From: Sphingomonadaceae bacterium
Lineage (GTDB): Bacteria; Pseudomonadota; Alphaproteobacteria; Sphingomonadales; Sphingomonadaceae
Length of the DNA stretch: 64,000 bases
Direction: 5' to 3'
Assembly: GCA_947476735.1 (NCBI GenBank)
Contig: CANJRZ010000001.1
Location: 17,288-81,287, forward strand
Below are positions 39,315 to 49,344 of the stretch, piece after piece (position 1 is the first letter of the stretch; every line of letters begins with the position of its first letter). The notes beneath the pieces were generated by a model. The model searched no databases. It was not told the DNA's origin and worked only from the letters and a program-made list of their open reading frames with translations. The position numbers and the translations under genes are program-made.

Positions 39315-40054
39315 ACCGACGACGAGATACTCGCGACTTGACCGAAAGGCCGACCACACGCGGCACCGGACGCCGGCATCATGGAGCGATTGCGCAGAAG
39401 CTGGGAATCGCGATTCTGTCAGGCGAATATACTCCTGGGCATGTTCTCGATGCGGAGGTAATCGCTTCGGAGGCTCTCGATGTTTCGCGTACCGCCTATC
39501 GCGAAGCGGTGCAGGTCCTGACCGCCAAAGGGCTTGTTGAAAGCCGACCGAAAACGGGAACACGGGTGCTGCCCCGTGATCGCTGGAATCTGCTCGACCC
39601 TGATGTGCTCGCCTGGGCCTTTGTCGGCGAACCGGACATCGAGTTCATTCGGGGGCTGTTCGAACTTCGGGCTATTGTAGAGCCGGCCGCAGCCGCGTTG
39701 GCCGCAGTGCGCCATGACGATAGCGATGTGAGCCTCATGGGGCAGGCGTTGGATGCGATGGAGCGGCATACGCTGGCCAGCGAAGAAGGCCGTGCAGCCG
39801 ATCGTGATTTCCACACCGCGATCCTGCGAGCGACCCGCAACGATGCGCTCATTGTGCTGAGTTCCAGTATCGGCGCTGCGGTCAACTGGACAACCCAGTT
39901 CAAGCAACGTGCCCGCGCGCTACCTCGCAATCCCGTGCCGGATCACCGCCGTGTCTATGACGCCATCGCTGCCCGTGACGCCGAGGGAGCGGGCCGGGCG
40001 ATGCGCACCCTCGTTGATCTCGCCCTCGACGATACCAGCCGGTCGATGAAATAA
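39311..40054 (+). CDS. GntR/FadR-family regulator
   Basis: VSRTAYREA..GLVESRPKTGT wHTH plus FCD domain; ATGA-coupled start at 39311. Confidence 0.92.
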   Translation: MNRRRDTRDLTERPTTRGTGRRHHGAIAQKLGIAILSGEYTPGHVLDAEVIASEALDVSRTAYREAVQVLTAKGLVESRPKTGTRVLPRDRWNLLDPDVLAWAFVGEPDIEFIRGLFELRAIVEPAAAALAAVRHDDSDVSLMGQALDAMERHTLASEEGRAADRDFHTAILRATRNDALIVLSSSIGAAVNWTTQFKQRARALPRNPVPDHRRVYDAIAARDAEGAGRAMRTLVDLALDDTSRSMK

Positions 40055-40253
40055 GACCGCATCGTCCCCGCCGAGACTGCGATCGAGCCTGCAACCGATC
40101 TGGGGGCGGGCAGGCCGCTGCGGTGTATCAGGAAGGCATGCGCCGACACCTCGTCACCATCGGCAGCAATGGGAGCCGACGCGCGCGTCAGTTCCCTCGG
40201 TATTCGAGGACGTGGGCGCGCGGCCGTTCTTCCCTTCCGCAACGACCATGTCG

Positions 40254-41924
40254 TCAGCTGGATGCCAGTATACTCTTTGCCGCAACATAGCCCCAAACGA
40301 ATGACGGCCCGACGCTCGCTCCAGCTCCCGGATAGACGCGACCCATCACCGACGCCGTGGAAATACCAGTCGCGTAAAGCCCGGGGATCACGGTCCCGTC
40401 CTCGCGTAACACGCGCGCAAGCGGATCGGTAATCACACCGCCATAGGTGCCGACATCGCCGGGTAGCACCGGCATTGCATAGAAGGGGCCTTCGGAAATC
40501 GTGCCGAGGCTGGCATTGTCCGTCTTATAAGGATCGCCGAGCCAGCGATCATAGGCGCGCTCCCCGCGCTGATAGTCATCATCGCGGCCCTGGGCGACGA
40601 AGCCGTTGAACCGGTCGACGGTCCCGCGCAGGGCCGAAGGGTCGAGGCTGATTTCGCGTGCGAGTTCCTCAAGCGTATCCGCCTTTCGCAGAAAGCCCTC
40701 GGCAAACCACCGCTCAGGTTTCTTGGCCCCTGGCATGGTCCCGGCCAGCATGTAGCTTCGGATGAACTGGCTGTCGAAAATAGCCCAGCTCGGTACGGCG
40801 GGGATTTCGCGGTTCCGCTCCAGCATGCCCTTGCAATACGCCATATAGGAGCCAGCTTCGTTCATGTAGCGCGAGCCCGACTGATCAACCAGAATGCAGT
40901 GCGGTGCCGCCGTGACGCCCTGCACGACCGGCTTGATCGCCACGTTTTCCATCCCGGGTGGGATCGCGATCTGGTTGCCTACCATCTCCTCCATCTGGCC
41001 GATGGCTGCTCCGTGGCGCATCATTTCCAATATCATCTCGCCGGTGTCGCCCTCGGCGGTGAGCGACCAGTTTGTATCGGTGCCAGGTTGGTACTCGTCG
41101 CGCATCTTTTGGTTGCGGGCGAACCCACCGGCATTGATGAGCACGCCATATCGCGCGCCGATCCGGCGGGGTTCCCCATTGGCAAAGGCCACGACACCCT
41201 TCACCGCGCCGCCCTCGACAATGAGTTCGTTGACGGGGGTATCCGTGAGGAATTCGACACCAGCCTTGAGCGATGCGTGCAGCATTCGCCCCTGCAGTGC
41301 GCCGCCGGCGGTGACATAGTGCTTGCCCGTCAGCTTGGCGCCGATGGTTCGCAGCACTAGCCGGATCGCGATCTTCTTCGATTCCCAGGACTGCTTGATG
41401 AAGCGCAGCTTCAGCATGTCCTCCAGTGAGCCCATGATATCCAGGAAGTTGGGACGCAGCTTGCTCTTCCAAGGCCCCAGCTCGTTGACGTTGAACAGTT
41501 CGGCAACCACCGTGCGCCCCTGCTCGGAGCTACCGGGCTGCTCGTCATAATAGTCCGGCCAATACGAAACGCGGTTGAGCTTGATCCCCTGGTCGACCAG
41601 GAAATTGATCATGTTTGGACCTTCGGTGAGGTAGGTTCGACGACGCTCGCGCGTGGCACCGGGGGAGTCATTGCTGTCGCCCACGACATTGTCGAGATAG
41701 GTCGTGGCCTGCTCGAGGCTATCCGCCACCCCGTCGCGGCTCATGAAGGGATTATTGGGGATCCACATCACCCCGCCAGAACGAGCGGTCGTGCCTCCGA
41801 TCAGTGGAGTCTTTTCGACGATCAGTACCGTCTTCCCCGCCTCGCGCGCGACCAGCCCGGCACACATCGAGCCGCCGCCGCTGCCGACGACCACCAGGTC
41901 GTAGATTTCATCAAATGCGGTCAT
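40254..41924 (-). CDS. FAD-dependent oxidoreductase, 3-ketosteroid-delta1-dehydrogenase (KstD)-like
   Basis: VVGSGGG, GGTTARSGG..WIPNN, WPDYY, GDVGTYGG, YPGAG. Confidence 0.85.
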   Translation of the reverse strand: MTAFDEIYDLVVVGSGGGSMCAGLVAREAGKTVLIVEKTPLIGGTTARSGGVMWIPNNPFMSRDGVADSLEQATTYLDNVVGDSNDSPGATRERRRTYLTEGPNMINFLVDQGIKLNRVSYWPDYYDEQPGSSEQGRTVVAELFNVNELGPWKSKLRPNFLDIMGSLEDMLKLRFIKQSWESKKIAIRLVLRTIGAKLTGKHYVTAGGALQGRMLHASLKAGVEFLTDTPVNELIVEGGAVKGVVAFANGEPRRIGARYGVLINAGGFARNQKMRDEYQPGTDTNWSLTAEGDTGEMILEMMRHGAAIGQMEEMVGNQIAIPPGMENVAIKPVVQGVTAAPHCILVDQSGSRYMNEAGSYMAYCKGMLERNREIPAVPSWAIFDSQFIRSYMLAGTMPGAKKPERWFAEGFLRKADTLEELAREISLDPSALRGTVDRFNGFVAQGRDDDYQRGERAYDRWLGDPYKTDNASLGTISEGPFYAMPVLPGDVGTYGGVITDPLARVLREDGTVIPGLYATGISTASVMGRVYPGAGASVGPSFVWGYVAAKSILASS

Positions 41925-42010
41925 TTTTTACCCCTTCACGAAAGTCTTGTGAGCATGGGCGCCGGCGGTTCGCCCTGACGAGGCGCGGCAGCAATTCGAT
42001 AGGTTCGAGG

Positions 42011-44224
42011 TCAGCCGGCTGCCCGACTGCGAGGCAGCCCCAGGCGCCGTTCCGCGACCATGCTGCGGAGTACCTCGCTGGTGCCGCCATAGATCGAGGT
42101 CGCAGTGGAGTGGCGATAGCCCTTCTCAATCACGCCCAGCCCGGTCTTGCCACGGACTAGCGATCCAGGTGCAGCCAGGTCGACCAGGTCGGCCGAGAGG
42201 TCGATGAAGGACTGGGTCGAGAAGATCTTGGATGCCGGCCCATAAGCGAGGTCCTGCTCTCCAGCCAGCCGGGTCCACAGCGCACGCGCGGTCAGCGCTT
42301 CGCTGATACAGGCCGCAGTGTAGACGCGGGCAAGTCGCGCGAGGGTCGACGGGTGCTCGATCAGCGGCTGTCCATCGCGTTCCTCGCCGCGTGCCCATTC
42401 GGCCACGGCGTCGATCATTTCGCGCATCTGATAATGGTAATAGCTGCCGCCCTGTTCCATCGACAGCGCGGCCGACATCGCCTTGACTCCGCTATTGACC
42501 TCGCCGAGCCGGTAGCGGTCGGGGACGCGAACATCGGCGTAGAAGGTGGCGTTGGTACGTTCGTCCATGAAGGTGTGGACGGGATGAATTTCGACGCCGG
42601 GAATGTTCAGCGGTACGAGGAACAGCGTTAAGCCCTTGTGCTTCGGCGCGTCCGGATCGGTGCGCGCAAGGAGCAGCACATAGCTGGCAAGTTCGGCACC
42701 CGAGGTGAACATCTTCTGGCCGTTGATGATCCAGTCTTCGCCATCGCGCACGGCACGCGTCTTGGCGGCGAACACGTCGGACCCGCAGGAAGGTTCGGTG
42801 AAGCCGAGGCACGATGTCGCATCACCCCGGGCAAAGCGCAGCAGGACCTCGGTCTGCAATTCGGGCGTCCCCATGAGCTGCACCAGCACGCCCGCCATTC
42901 CGGTAACCCCCCGCGCGAAACCGGCATAGCCCACTTCCATCCACACGGCGTTCGCCGCGCGCGTCGCTTCAGTGTCGGCGCCGCGCCCGCCCCAATGTTC
43001 GGGCCAGTCGGGGAAGAGCAGGCTGGCCCGGCCCATTGCCCGATGGATGTCCCAGTCATGCGCCTCGAAATTCTGCTCGCCGATCTTGTGCCTTGCCGGA
43101 TCGAGCATGCCGGCGAACAGCGCCCGCACTTCATTGGAGAGCGCCTGATCCGCTTCGGGAGCGTTGAAGTCGACGTCGACAGTTCCAGGGTCGGGAAGGC
43201 TCGTCGTTTCGTTCAGCAGGAGGCGACGGCCGGCGCGCACAAGCTCGGCCTCGGGATCGCCCATCGCCTGTGCCCAGCTCTTGGCGCGGCGGTGGTAGAG
43301 TTGAATGTCATATTCGTTGGTCAGACCATAGCCGCCGAAGGTGTGGATCGCATGCGCGACACTGTTGGTCGCGGTGCGGCTCGCCCACCAGAAGGTCATT
43401 GATGCGACCGCTCCCGCTTCGGCCTTCCCGTCAGCGATTGAGCGCAGGGCCCACCAAAGCAGCAGCGCGCCACCGTCTGCGTCGATCGCATCGACGGCTA
43501 AGGGGTGCGCGAGTCCCTGATTGGCGCCGATGGGCTGACCGAAGGCGACACGATCGCAGGCATAGGCTGCAGCCATCGACAGGGCCTCGCGCGAAAGCCC
43601 AATCAGTGCGGCTGACGTCAGCAGCTTCCACTCTTCGACACCCGCAGCCCAGATGTGGCCAACATCGGTGTTGCTGGACAGGACGATCCGTTCGCCTTTG
43701 CCCGGAACAAGCAGGCCGACCGCGCCGCCGCCGAGCATTTCGGGCGCATCGAGAGGCGTCGCCGGGATTTCGATGGCGAGTTCGGTGCCATCAAATACCA
43801 GCACGCCGACGGCAACTGCCGCGCCGGGGACGAGCTGGATTTGCCCATTTCGCGCCTGCCGCAGGGCAAGCGTAAGCAGGTTCTCGCCATTGCGGACCTT
43901 GTCGATCCAGCCTGCCGCCACATCGCCGCCCACTTCGCCAAGGATACGGAGCGCGACGATTGTTTCCGCCAGCGGAACGGAGGCAAGGCGCCGACCGGCC
44001 TCTTCCATCACCAGGCAAGCATCGAACAGGCTCATGCCGCCACCACCGGCGTCAGGTGCGACCCGCATGAATGGGATATCGAGCGCCACCAGCTCTCGCC
44101 ACAGCTCCGAATCGAAGCCGACCGGTTCGGCGGCGCGGACGCGCGCCATGGTCGATTCAGCAGCGAAAAAGCGCTCGAACATTTCCTTCAGGGGGACGCT
44201 GTCGTTTGGCAGACTCAGCTGCAT
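42011..44224 (-). CDS. Fused two-domain acyl-CoA dehydrogenase (FadE34/ChsE3-like architecture)
   Basis: 737 aa. The N-terminal ACAD-like half lacks the TEP motif but has VAFGQPIG and HTFGGYG. The C-terminal half has GFTEPSCGSD, INGQKMFTS, SIYGGTSE. Confidence 0.88.
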   Translation of the reverse strand: MQLSLPNDSVPLKEMFERFFAAESTMARVRAAEPVGFDSELWRELVALDIPFMRVAPDAGGGGMSLFDACLVMEEAGRRLASVPLAETIVALRILGEVGGDVAAGWIDKVRNGENLLTLALRQARNGQIQLVPGAAVAVGVLVFDGTELAIEIPATPLDAPEMLGGGAVGLLVPGKGERIVLSSNTDVGHIWAAGVEEWKLLTSAALIGLSREALSMAAAYACDRVAFGQPIGANQGLAHPLAVDAIDADGGALLLWWALRSIADGKAEAGAVASMTFWWASRTATNSVAHAIHTFGGYGLTNEYDIQLYHRRAKSWAQAMGDPEAELVRAGRRLLLNETTSLPDPGTVDVDFNAPEADQALSNEVRALFAGMLDPARHKIGEQNFEAHDWDIHRAMGRASLLFPDWPEHWGGRGADTEATRAANAVWMEVGYAGFARGVTGMAGVLVQLMGTPELQTEVLLRFARGDATSCLGFTEPSCGSDVFAAKTRAVRDGEDWIINGQKMFTSGAELASYVLLLARTDPDAPKHKGLTLFLVPLNIPGVEIHPVHTFMDERTNATFYADVRVPDRYRLGEVNSGVKAMSAALSMEQGGSYYHYQMREMIDAVAEWARGEERDGQPLIEHPSTLARLARVYTAACISEALTARALWTRLAGEQDLAYGPASKIFSTQSFIDLSADLVDLAAPGSLVRGKTGLGVIEKGYRHSTATSIYGGTSEVLRSMVAERRLGLPRSRAAG

Positions 44225-44435
44225 GAGAAATCCTTTCCGCCACCGTTCTCGCGAGGCCGGTGGGTTGTGAAGATGATCATCTAATGGGCGAGGTTGAGCG
44301 GCAACGGTGAGAAGAGATCGCGCAAGAGGCGATCAAGCATCAGTTTGACTTCGGAATGCTGGTCGAGCGATGCAAGCAGCATGACTAGCATCAGAGCATC
44401 AAAGCTCAGCCGAACCGCAGGTTGCGGCGCTACGG

Positions 44436-45236
44436 TCATGCGCGGAGCCTCATTCTGACCAGTTCGCTATGATCACCGAGATCATCGCGGCCGGCGCGAT
44501 CACAGGCCCTTTCGGAGAGCTTCCGAAGAAGCCTGTCCTCATCGACTGGCATCGTAGCAGGGAACACTGCGCCCAGCGCCAAGGGTGGAGCGTTCAATTC
44601 GCATGGCAGAAGGGTTGTCACGACACGACAATCGTTAGCGAACCCGGCTTCGCCGATGGCGTGACGTTGGCGGCGGTATTGTTCGATCCGTTCGCGAATT
44701 TCGCCATGGTTGAACTTCAGCTCTGCCGGAGCCTCCGCATTGAGACGCCAAAGGATCCGGTTGGCCTGAACCGGGCCATAGGTGGAAAGCATCAGCAGAC
44801 CGGCAGTCGAGCTGGAAAGCAGTTCCGACGAACCGCAGCCGATTGTCCTTGCCCAGTCTTGTCCGTCGTCCGACCAGCGGAATATTTGAACGCGCATGCC
44901 AACCATCCCGAACAACGCGATCCCGCAGCCGCTCGATCGGGCCAGCCGATCCATGAGATCGAACAGCCGGCCATCGCGGATTAGTGGCGGTTGCGCCGAG
45001 GTGCCTAGCGCCGCGAGCCGCGGCGTCGTGAAGAAGGCGCGCGTATGCGGGTCCCGATAGAGCAGGCCCATGTCGACGAGGCTTGCAAGCAGCTCTGAGG
45101 TGCTCGACTGCGGCCGGCCGAAAGATCGTGCGATGTCGGTTACAGTTGCCTTGCCGCCATTGCGGTCGAGAAATTCGAAAACCTCGATGACACGCCTCGC
45201 GTTCTTGGCCTTGATGGGATCCGGTTTCGTAGCCAT
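44436..45236 (-). CDS. IclR-family regulator
   Basis: ARRVIEVFEFL..PQSSTSELLASLVDMGLL HTH plus C-terminal effector domain. Confidence 0.85.
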   Translation of the reverse strand: MATKPDPIKAKNARRVIEVFEFLDRNGGKATVTDIARSFGRPQSSTSELLASLVDMGLLYRDPHTRAFFTTPRLAALGTSAQPPLIRDGRLFDLMDRLARSSGCGIALFGMVGMRVQIFRWSDDGQDWARTIGCGSSELLSSSTAGLLMLSTYGPVQANRILWRLNAEAPAELKFNHGEIRERIEQYRRQRHAIGEAGFANDCRVVTTLLPCELNAPPLALGAVFPATMPVDEDRLLRKLSERACDRAGRDDLGDHSELVRMRLRA

Positions 45237-45290
45237 GCCGCTCCTGACGCTTCTTTTTCTCCGCCTGCTGATCTCGTCGCCCGGTTCAGC

Positions 45291-46349
45291 TTATTCGGCG
45301 GCTACCAGGGCGTCTCCGACGCCCCTTGCCTCTTCCTTCAGCCTGCGTTTGAGGATGCGGCGAGCCATGACGCCGGCGGCATCGGCCTTCAGGATGATCG
45401 GGTGGTGTTCGAGGAAATCGGTGCTCGCTCCCATGTCGGCCTGCTGAGCCTCGACCATCGGCCCGTCCTGGGTTTCGAAGACGGCCTTCATCATCTGCGC
45501 CGTTCCCGCGCTCATGGCTTCGTTGTGGATGTCGAAGGTCCGACCGGATGCCCAGAAATAGTGGGTCGTGAATTCGGTCTCGGGTGTGAGCAGGTGCGCC
45601 GAAGGCGTCTCGACGCTCCCGGGTGCCTCGAGGCTCTTGCCGTGCTCCCATAGCGCGGTATCGACGAGGAGAACGCCGGGGACGTCCCAGCGCGAGTGGC
45701 CCTGACCCTCGACTTCTGCCGGCAGGCCCATCATGTGCTGGCGCTTCTCATCGAGCGCATAGCGGTGCCGCCACAGCATCGACCAGACGGTGTCGCCGTC
45801 GAGTTTGACCTTGTTGGTGAAGGCCGAGAAGTCCGACCCTTCATGGATATGCGGGTGCAGGTAATGAACATGGCTGAGGTCGAGCAGATTGTCGGCAATC
45901 AGCTGGTAGTTCCCCTTGATGTGCGAATATCCTTGGCACGACCCGAATTTCTCCTTGTCGCTGAGGAAGGTGAAGGCCGGGATACTGTCCGGATTGGCTA
46001 GTTCAGATTGTCCCATCCACAGCCAGATCACCGCATCGCGCTCTACCGCCGGATAGGCCTTGATGCAGGCTCGGGCTTTCTGGCTGTCATCGTCGTTGGG
46101 AGCTTCGACGCAAGCGCCGCTGCTGTCGAAGCGCAGGCCATGATAACCGCACGCCAACGTGTCTCCTACGCGCTTGCCCATCGACAGCGGCACGAACCGG
46201 TGGGGGCAGCGATCCGCGAGCGCCGCAATTTCGCCGGTGGAGGTTCGGTACATCACGATCTGCTGGTTGCAGATCTTCCGGCTGACCATGCCCTCGTCGA
46301 GCTCATAGGCATTCGCCGCTACGTACCAGGTGTTTTTCAGGAAAGGCAT
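45291..46349 (-). CDS. Rieske non-heme iron oxygenase alpha subunit (VanA/DdmC-like)
   Basis: Rieske CPHR..CGYHG; mononuclear Fe motif DNLLDLSHVHYLH; C-terminal QD. Confidence 0.92.
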   Translation of the reverse strand: MPFLKNTWYVAANAYELDEGMVSRKICNQQIVMYRTSTGEIAALADRCPHRFVPLSMGKRVGDTLACGYHGLRFDSSGACVEAPNDDDSQKARACIKAYPAVERDAVIWLWMGQSELANPDSIPAFTFLSDKEKFGSCQGYSHIKGNYQLIADNLLDLSHVHYLHPHIHEGSDFSAFTNKVKLDGDTVWSMLWRHRYALDEKRQHMMGLPAEVEGQGHSRWDVPGVLLVDTALWEHGKSLEAPGSVETPSAHLLTPETEFTTHYFWASGRTFDIHNEAMSAGTAQMMKAVFETQDGPMVEAQQADMGASTDFLEHHPIILKADAAGVMARRILKRRLKEEARGVGDALVAAE

Positions 46350-46612
46350 GGTGCTTCCGATACTCTCTCTGTGGCCCGGATCGGCCGCAGGTCAGCGGCA
46401 GTCTTCGGGCTCGTTCTGCATTGTCGGCCGCAGTTCTGCCGCGGTCATCCGTCAAATAGCACGCCTCGAAGCCGCGCTAACAGCGCGTCGGAGACCGTGT
46501 ACTTCTACCCGATCAGGGTTCCGGCCTGATTCAGGTCAGACCCTTCTTCAGCTATTGATCCGGTCATCCGCGACACACTTCACTATTTTCATGGATCAAT
46601 CTCTACAACCGT

Positions 46613-46647
46613 GTCCAATATCAATGATGCCGTATCTGATATTGGAC
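46613..46647. promoter_or_regulatory. 35-bp palindrome GTCCAATATCA-N13-TGATATTGGAC, with a third half-site at 46658-46668
   Basis: Perfect 11-bp arms in the divergent Rieske/SDR promoter; recurs at 54968 and 57681. Confidence 0.8.
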
Positions 46648-46763
46648 GGATATGGTTGGATATTGCACTAGTCGGTTGCGAACGGTGCCATCTGAAGTTT
46701 CGATGGTCCGGTTATATTGTCATCCGGCCCGTCCGGTGCGGCGTTGTGGGGGAATTTGGGAGC

Positions 46764-47519
46764 ATGGCCCATATCGGTGCGGGCGCCGTGATCCTCGTGA
46801 CCGGCGCGACCGGCGCGATCGGTTACGAGATCGCGGCACAGGCGGCTGCCGACGGTGCTGTCGTGGCCGTGCATGGTTCGCAACGCCCCAATGTCGAATC
46901 CGCGATGGCCCGTTTGCGGCGGCGCGTGCCGGGCGCGCGACTGATCGCCGCAGAGGCAGATTTCCGTCAGGTCGATGAGATTGAGGCGATGGTCTCGAAG
47001 GTTGCCGCGGAGGCCGGGCGGCTCGATGCGGTGATCCATTGCGGCATCGCTGGCGCTCAGGGGGTTGGCGGCTTGCTGGCCAACACCGACCCCCACAAGC
47101 TGGGCGAGCATGCCGCGCTCGTTCTCGGGAGCTTCCAGCGGCTCTGTCTCGCCGTGCTGCCTCACCTAACCGTGCGGGGAGGGACGATAATCGGTTTCGC
47201 ATCGGATTCGGGGCGTTTTGCGGCTACCAGGCAGTCGGTGATCGGGGCTGCCTTTGCGGGCATCATGACCTTCGTGCGCAATCTGGCGGTGGAAACGGCG
47301 CGTAATGGCGTACGGGTTCACTGCATCTCGCCCAGCTTCGTCGCAGAGACACCGGTTTACGCGGCGCATGCCGCTCGCGCCGGCGCGGCGCGCGACCGTG
47401 CTGGCCTCGGCCTGCCGACACCTGCCGATATTGCACCGATGGCACTGTTCCTGTGTGGACCGGGCGCGGCGAAGATCACCGGTCAGATTATCAGTATCAA
47501 CGGTGGCCTGAATGCCTGA
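46764..47519 (+). CDS. SDR oxidoreductase (atypical)
   Basis: TGATGAIG, GVRVHCISP; lacks the canonical YxxxK (IGAAF). Confidence 0.82.
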   Translation: MAHIGAGAVILVTGATGAIGYEIAAQAAADGAVVAVHGSQRPNVESAMARLRRRVPGARLIAAEADFRQVDEIEAMVSKVAAEAGRLDAVIHCGIAGAQGVGGLLANTDPHKLGEHAALVLGSFQRLCLAVLPHLTVRGGTIIGFASDSGRFAATRQSVIGAAFAGIMTFVRNLAVETARNGVRVHCISPSFVAETPVYAAHAARAGAARDRAGLGLPTPADIAPMALFLCGPGAAKITGQIISINGGLNA

Positions 47520-47677
47520 CGTAGCCATTCCCGATCACCAAAGTGTGACAAGGGCGCCGAGGATTTGCCAATGGCGCCCGAGGTGCCATCGTTGCGCGGC
47601 GCGTCAACACTGGACGACGTATGAATCGCTGTTGGCGCACTGCACATAGAAAAACCGATCGAGAGGACAGACAGGGC

Positions 47678-49270
47678 ATGGCAATGCAACCGGACGAACC
47701 GACAATCAGATCGGCGCACACTGCACTCGCGGGCAGCGTATTGGAGCGAGCGTCCCCCTATGCCTTTTACGCGATGACGCTGCTCATCATCGCGAACCTG
47801 TTCAATTATCTCGACCGACATATTGTCTCGGTCCTGGCCCCCGCGATCCAGGCCGAGCTCCATCTGACCGATACCGATATGGGATTCCTGCTCGGAACTG
47901 CCTTTGCCGTTCTCTACGGTGTGCTGGGGATTCCCATGGGACGGATTTCGGATGCGTTGAGCCGGACGCGGCTGATGGCCTTCGGCCTCGCCCTGTGGTC
48001 CGCCATGACGGCCATTTCTGGCGTGGCGACCAGTTTCCTGGGCCTCGCCAGTGCGCGTGTCGGCGTCGGCGTCGGAGAGGCGACGGCCAGCCCGGTCTCG
48101 CATTCGCTGCTGTGCGATTACTTCCCGGCGCGAAACCGATCAGCGGTATTGGGCTGCTATCTGGCAAGCGTGCATCTGGGAATCGGTGCCGCTTTGGTGC
48201 TGGGCGGATTGCTGATTCAGCATTGGGACAGCTGGTGCACCAGCTGTCCCAGTGGCGCATGCGGACTGACCAACTGGCGCGCGGGATTTCTGCTGGTCGG
48301 TACGCCGGGGATCGTGGTCGCCGTACTGATTGCCTTCCTGCGCGAGCCCGCCAGGCCAAAGGGGACTGTTCGGATACCGGCGGGAAGGGTCATCCTTCGA
48401 GAGCTGACCTCGTCCATTCCGCCCTTCACCCTGTTCAGCCTCGGCCGGCTCGGCGGGCGCCGGGCGGTGGCGGCCAATCTAATCTTCGCGGCTGTACTGG
48501 CCCTTGTCGCTTTCGGTCTGGGCAAGGCAACGGGCGATTGGGCGCAGTGGATCGCGGTGGCAATCGGAGTGTATTCGGTAGCGACATGGGCGCAGGTGCT
48601 CAAATATCTCGACAAGCCGCTGTACAGCCTGACATTCGGTTGCCGCTCCTTCATGTACACGACGTTCGGTGGGGCATTTCTGACCTGTTTCGTGGGAACG
48701 ATCGCTATTTGGGCGGCGCCTTATGCCATTCGAACGCTTGACGCCGGCGCCGGAAAGGTCGGCCTGGCCCTTGGTGCTGCCCAGCTGGGGGCCGCGGTGC
48801 TGAGTGTCATCATTGGCGGCTTTGTCACCGACATCTGGAAGCGCCGGGACCGGCGCGCACCGATTTGGCTTGCGATGATTTCCCTGGTCGTGCCGATTCC
48901 GATGCTGTTCGTGCTTCTGCGCGCTGAGACCCTTCCGAATTTCATCGCCGCATTTTGCGTCCTCACGCTGTTTTCGATGGCCTGGGCGGGGTCGTTCGCC
49001 GCTCTGGCGCAGGACCTTGTGCTGACCCGGATGCGGGGTGCCGCGGCGGCGATCTTCTCGTTGGTGATCGCCCTGACCGCGTCGGGCATCGGGCCCTATT
49101 GGACCGGCAAGGTCAGCACCCTGACAGGTTCGCTGACGACCGGGCTCTACAGTCTGCTTGCGTTCGTCCCTGCCGCAGGGGTCCTGTTGATACTTGCGGC
49201 GCGCAGAATCCGGTCGGAGACGCCGGAGTTGAGAATGGCGATCGCCCGCGCAGCGGGAGAAGCGATATGA
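47678..49270 (+). CDS. MFS transporter (spinster-like)
   Basis: NLFNYLDRH, GRISDALSR, GVGEA, multiple hydrophobic segments. Confidence 0.92.
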   Translation: MAMQPDEPTIRSAHTALAGSVLERASPYAFYAMTLLIIANLFNYLDRHIVSVLAPAIQAELHLTDTDMGFLLGTAFAVLYGVLGIPMGRISDALSRTRLMAFGLALWSAMTAISGVATSFLGLASARVGVGVGEATASPVSHSLLCDYFPARNRSAVLGCYLASVHLGIGAALVLGGLLIQHWDSWCTSCPSGACGLTNWRAGFLLVGTPGIVVAVLIAFLREPARPKGTVRIPAGRVILRELTSSIPPFTLFSLGRLGGRRAVAANLIFAAVLALVAFGLGKATGDWAQWIAVAIGVYSVATWAQVLKYLDKPLYSLTFGCRSFMYTTFGGAFLTCFVGTIAIWAAPYAIRTLDAGAGKVGLALGAAQLGAAVLSVIIGGFVTDIWKRRDRRAPIWLAMISLVVPIPMLFVLLRAETLPNFIAAFCVLTLFSMAWAGSFAALAQDLVLTRMRGAAAAIFSLVIALTASGIGPYWTGKVSTLTGSLTTGLYSLLAFVPAAGVLLILAARRIRSETPELRMAIARAAGEAI

Positions 49271-49344
49271 CGCGGGTACCTTATCGGCCGGGACGCAAGA
49301 ACCGACACCTTCGCGATAAGTGAGGCTTGGTAGCCGTCCTTCAA

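Noticed and set aside
44336-44402. Four AGCAT repeats and a TGCTGGTC/GACTAGCA inverted repeat upstream of the fused ACAD
   Set aside because: Short, imperfect and not repeated elsewhere in the window; too weak to call an operator
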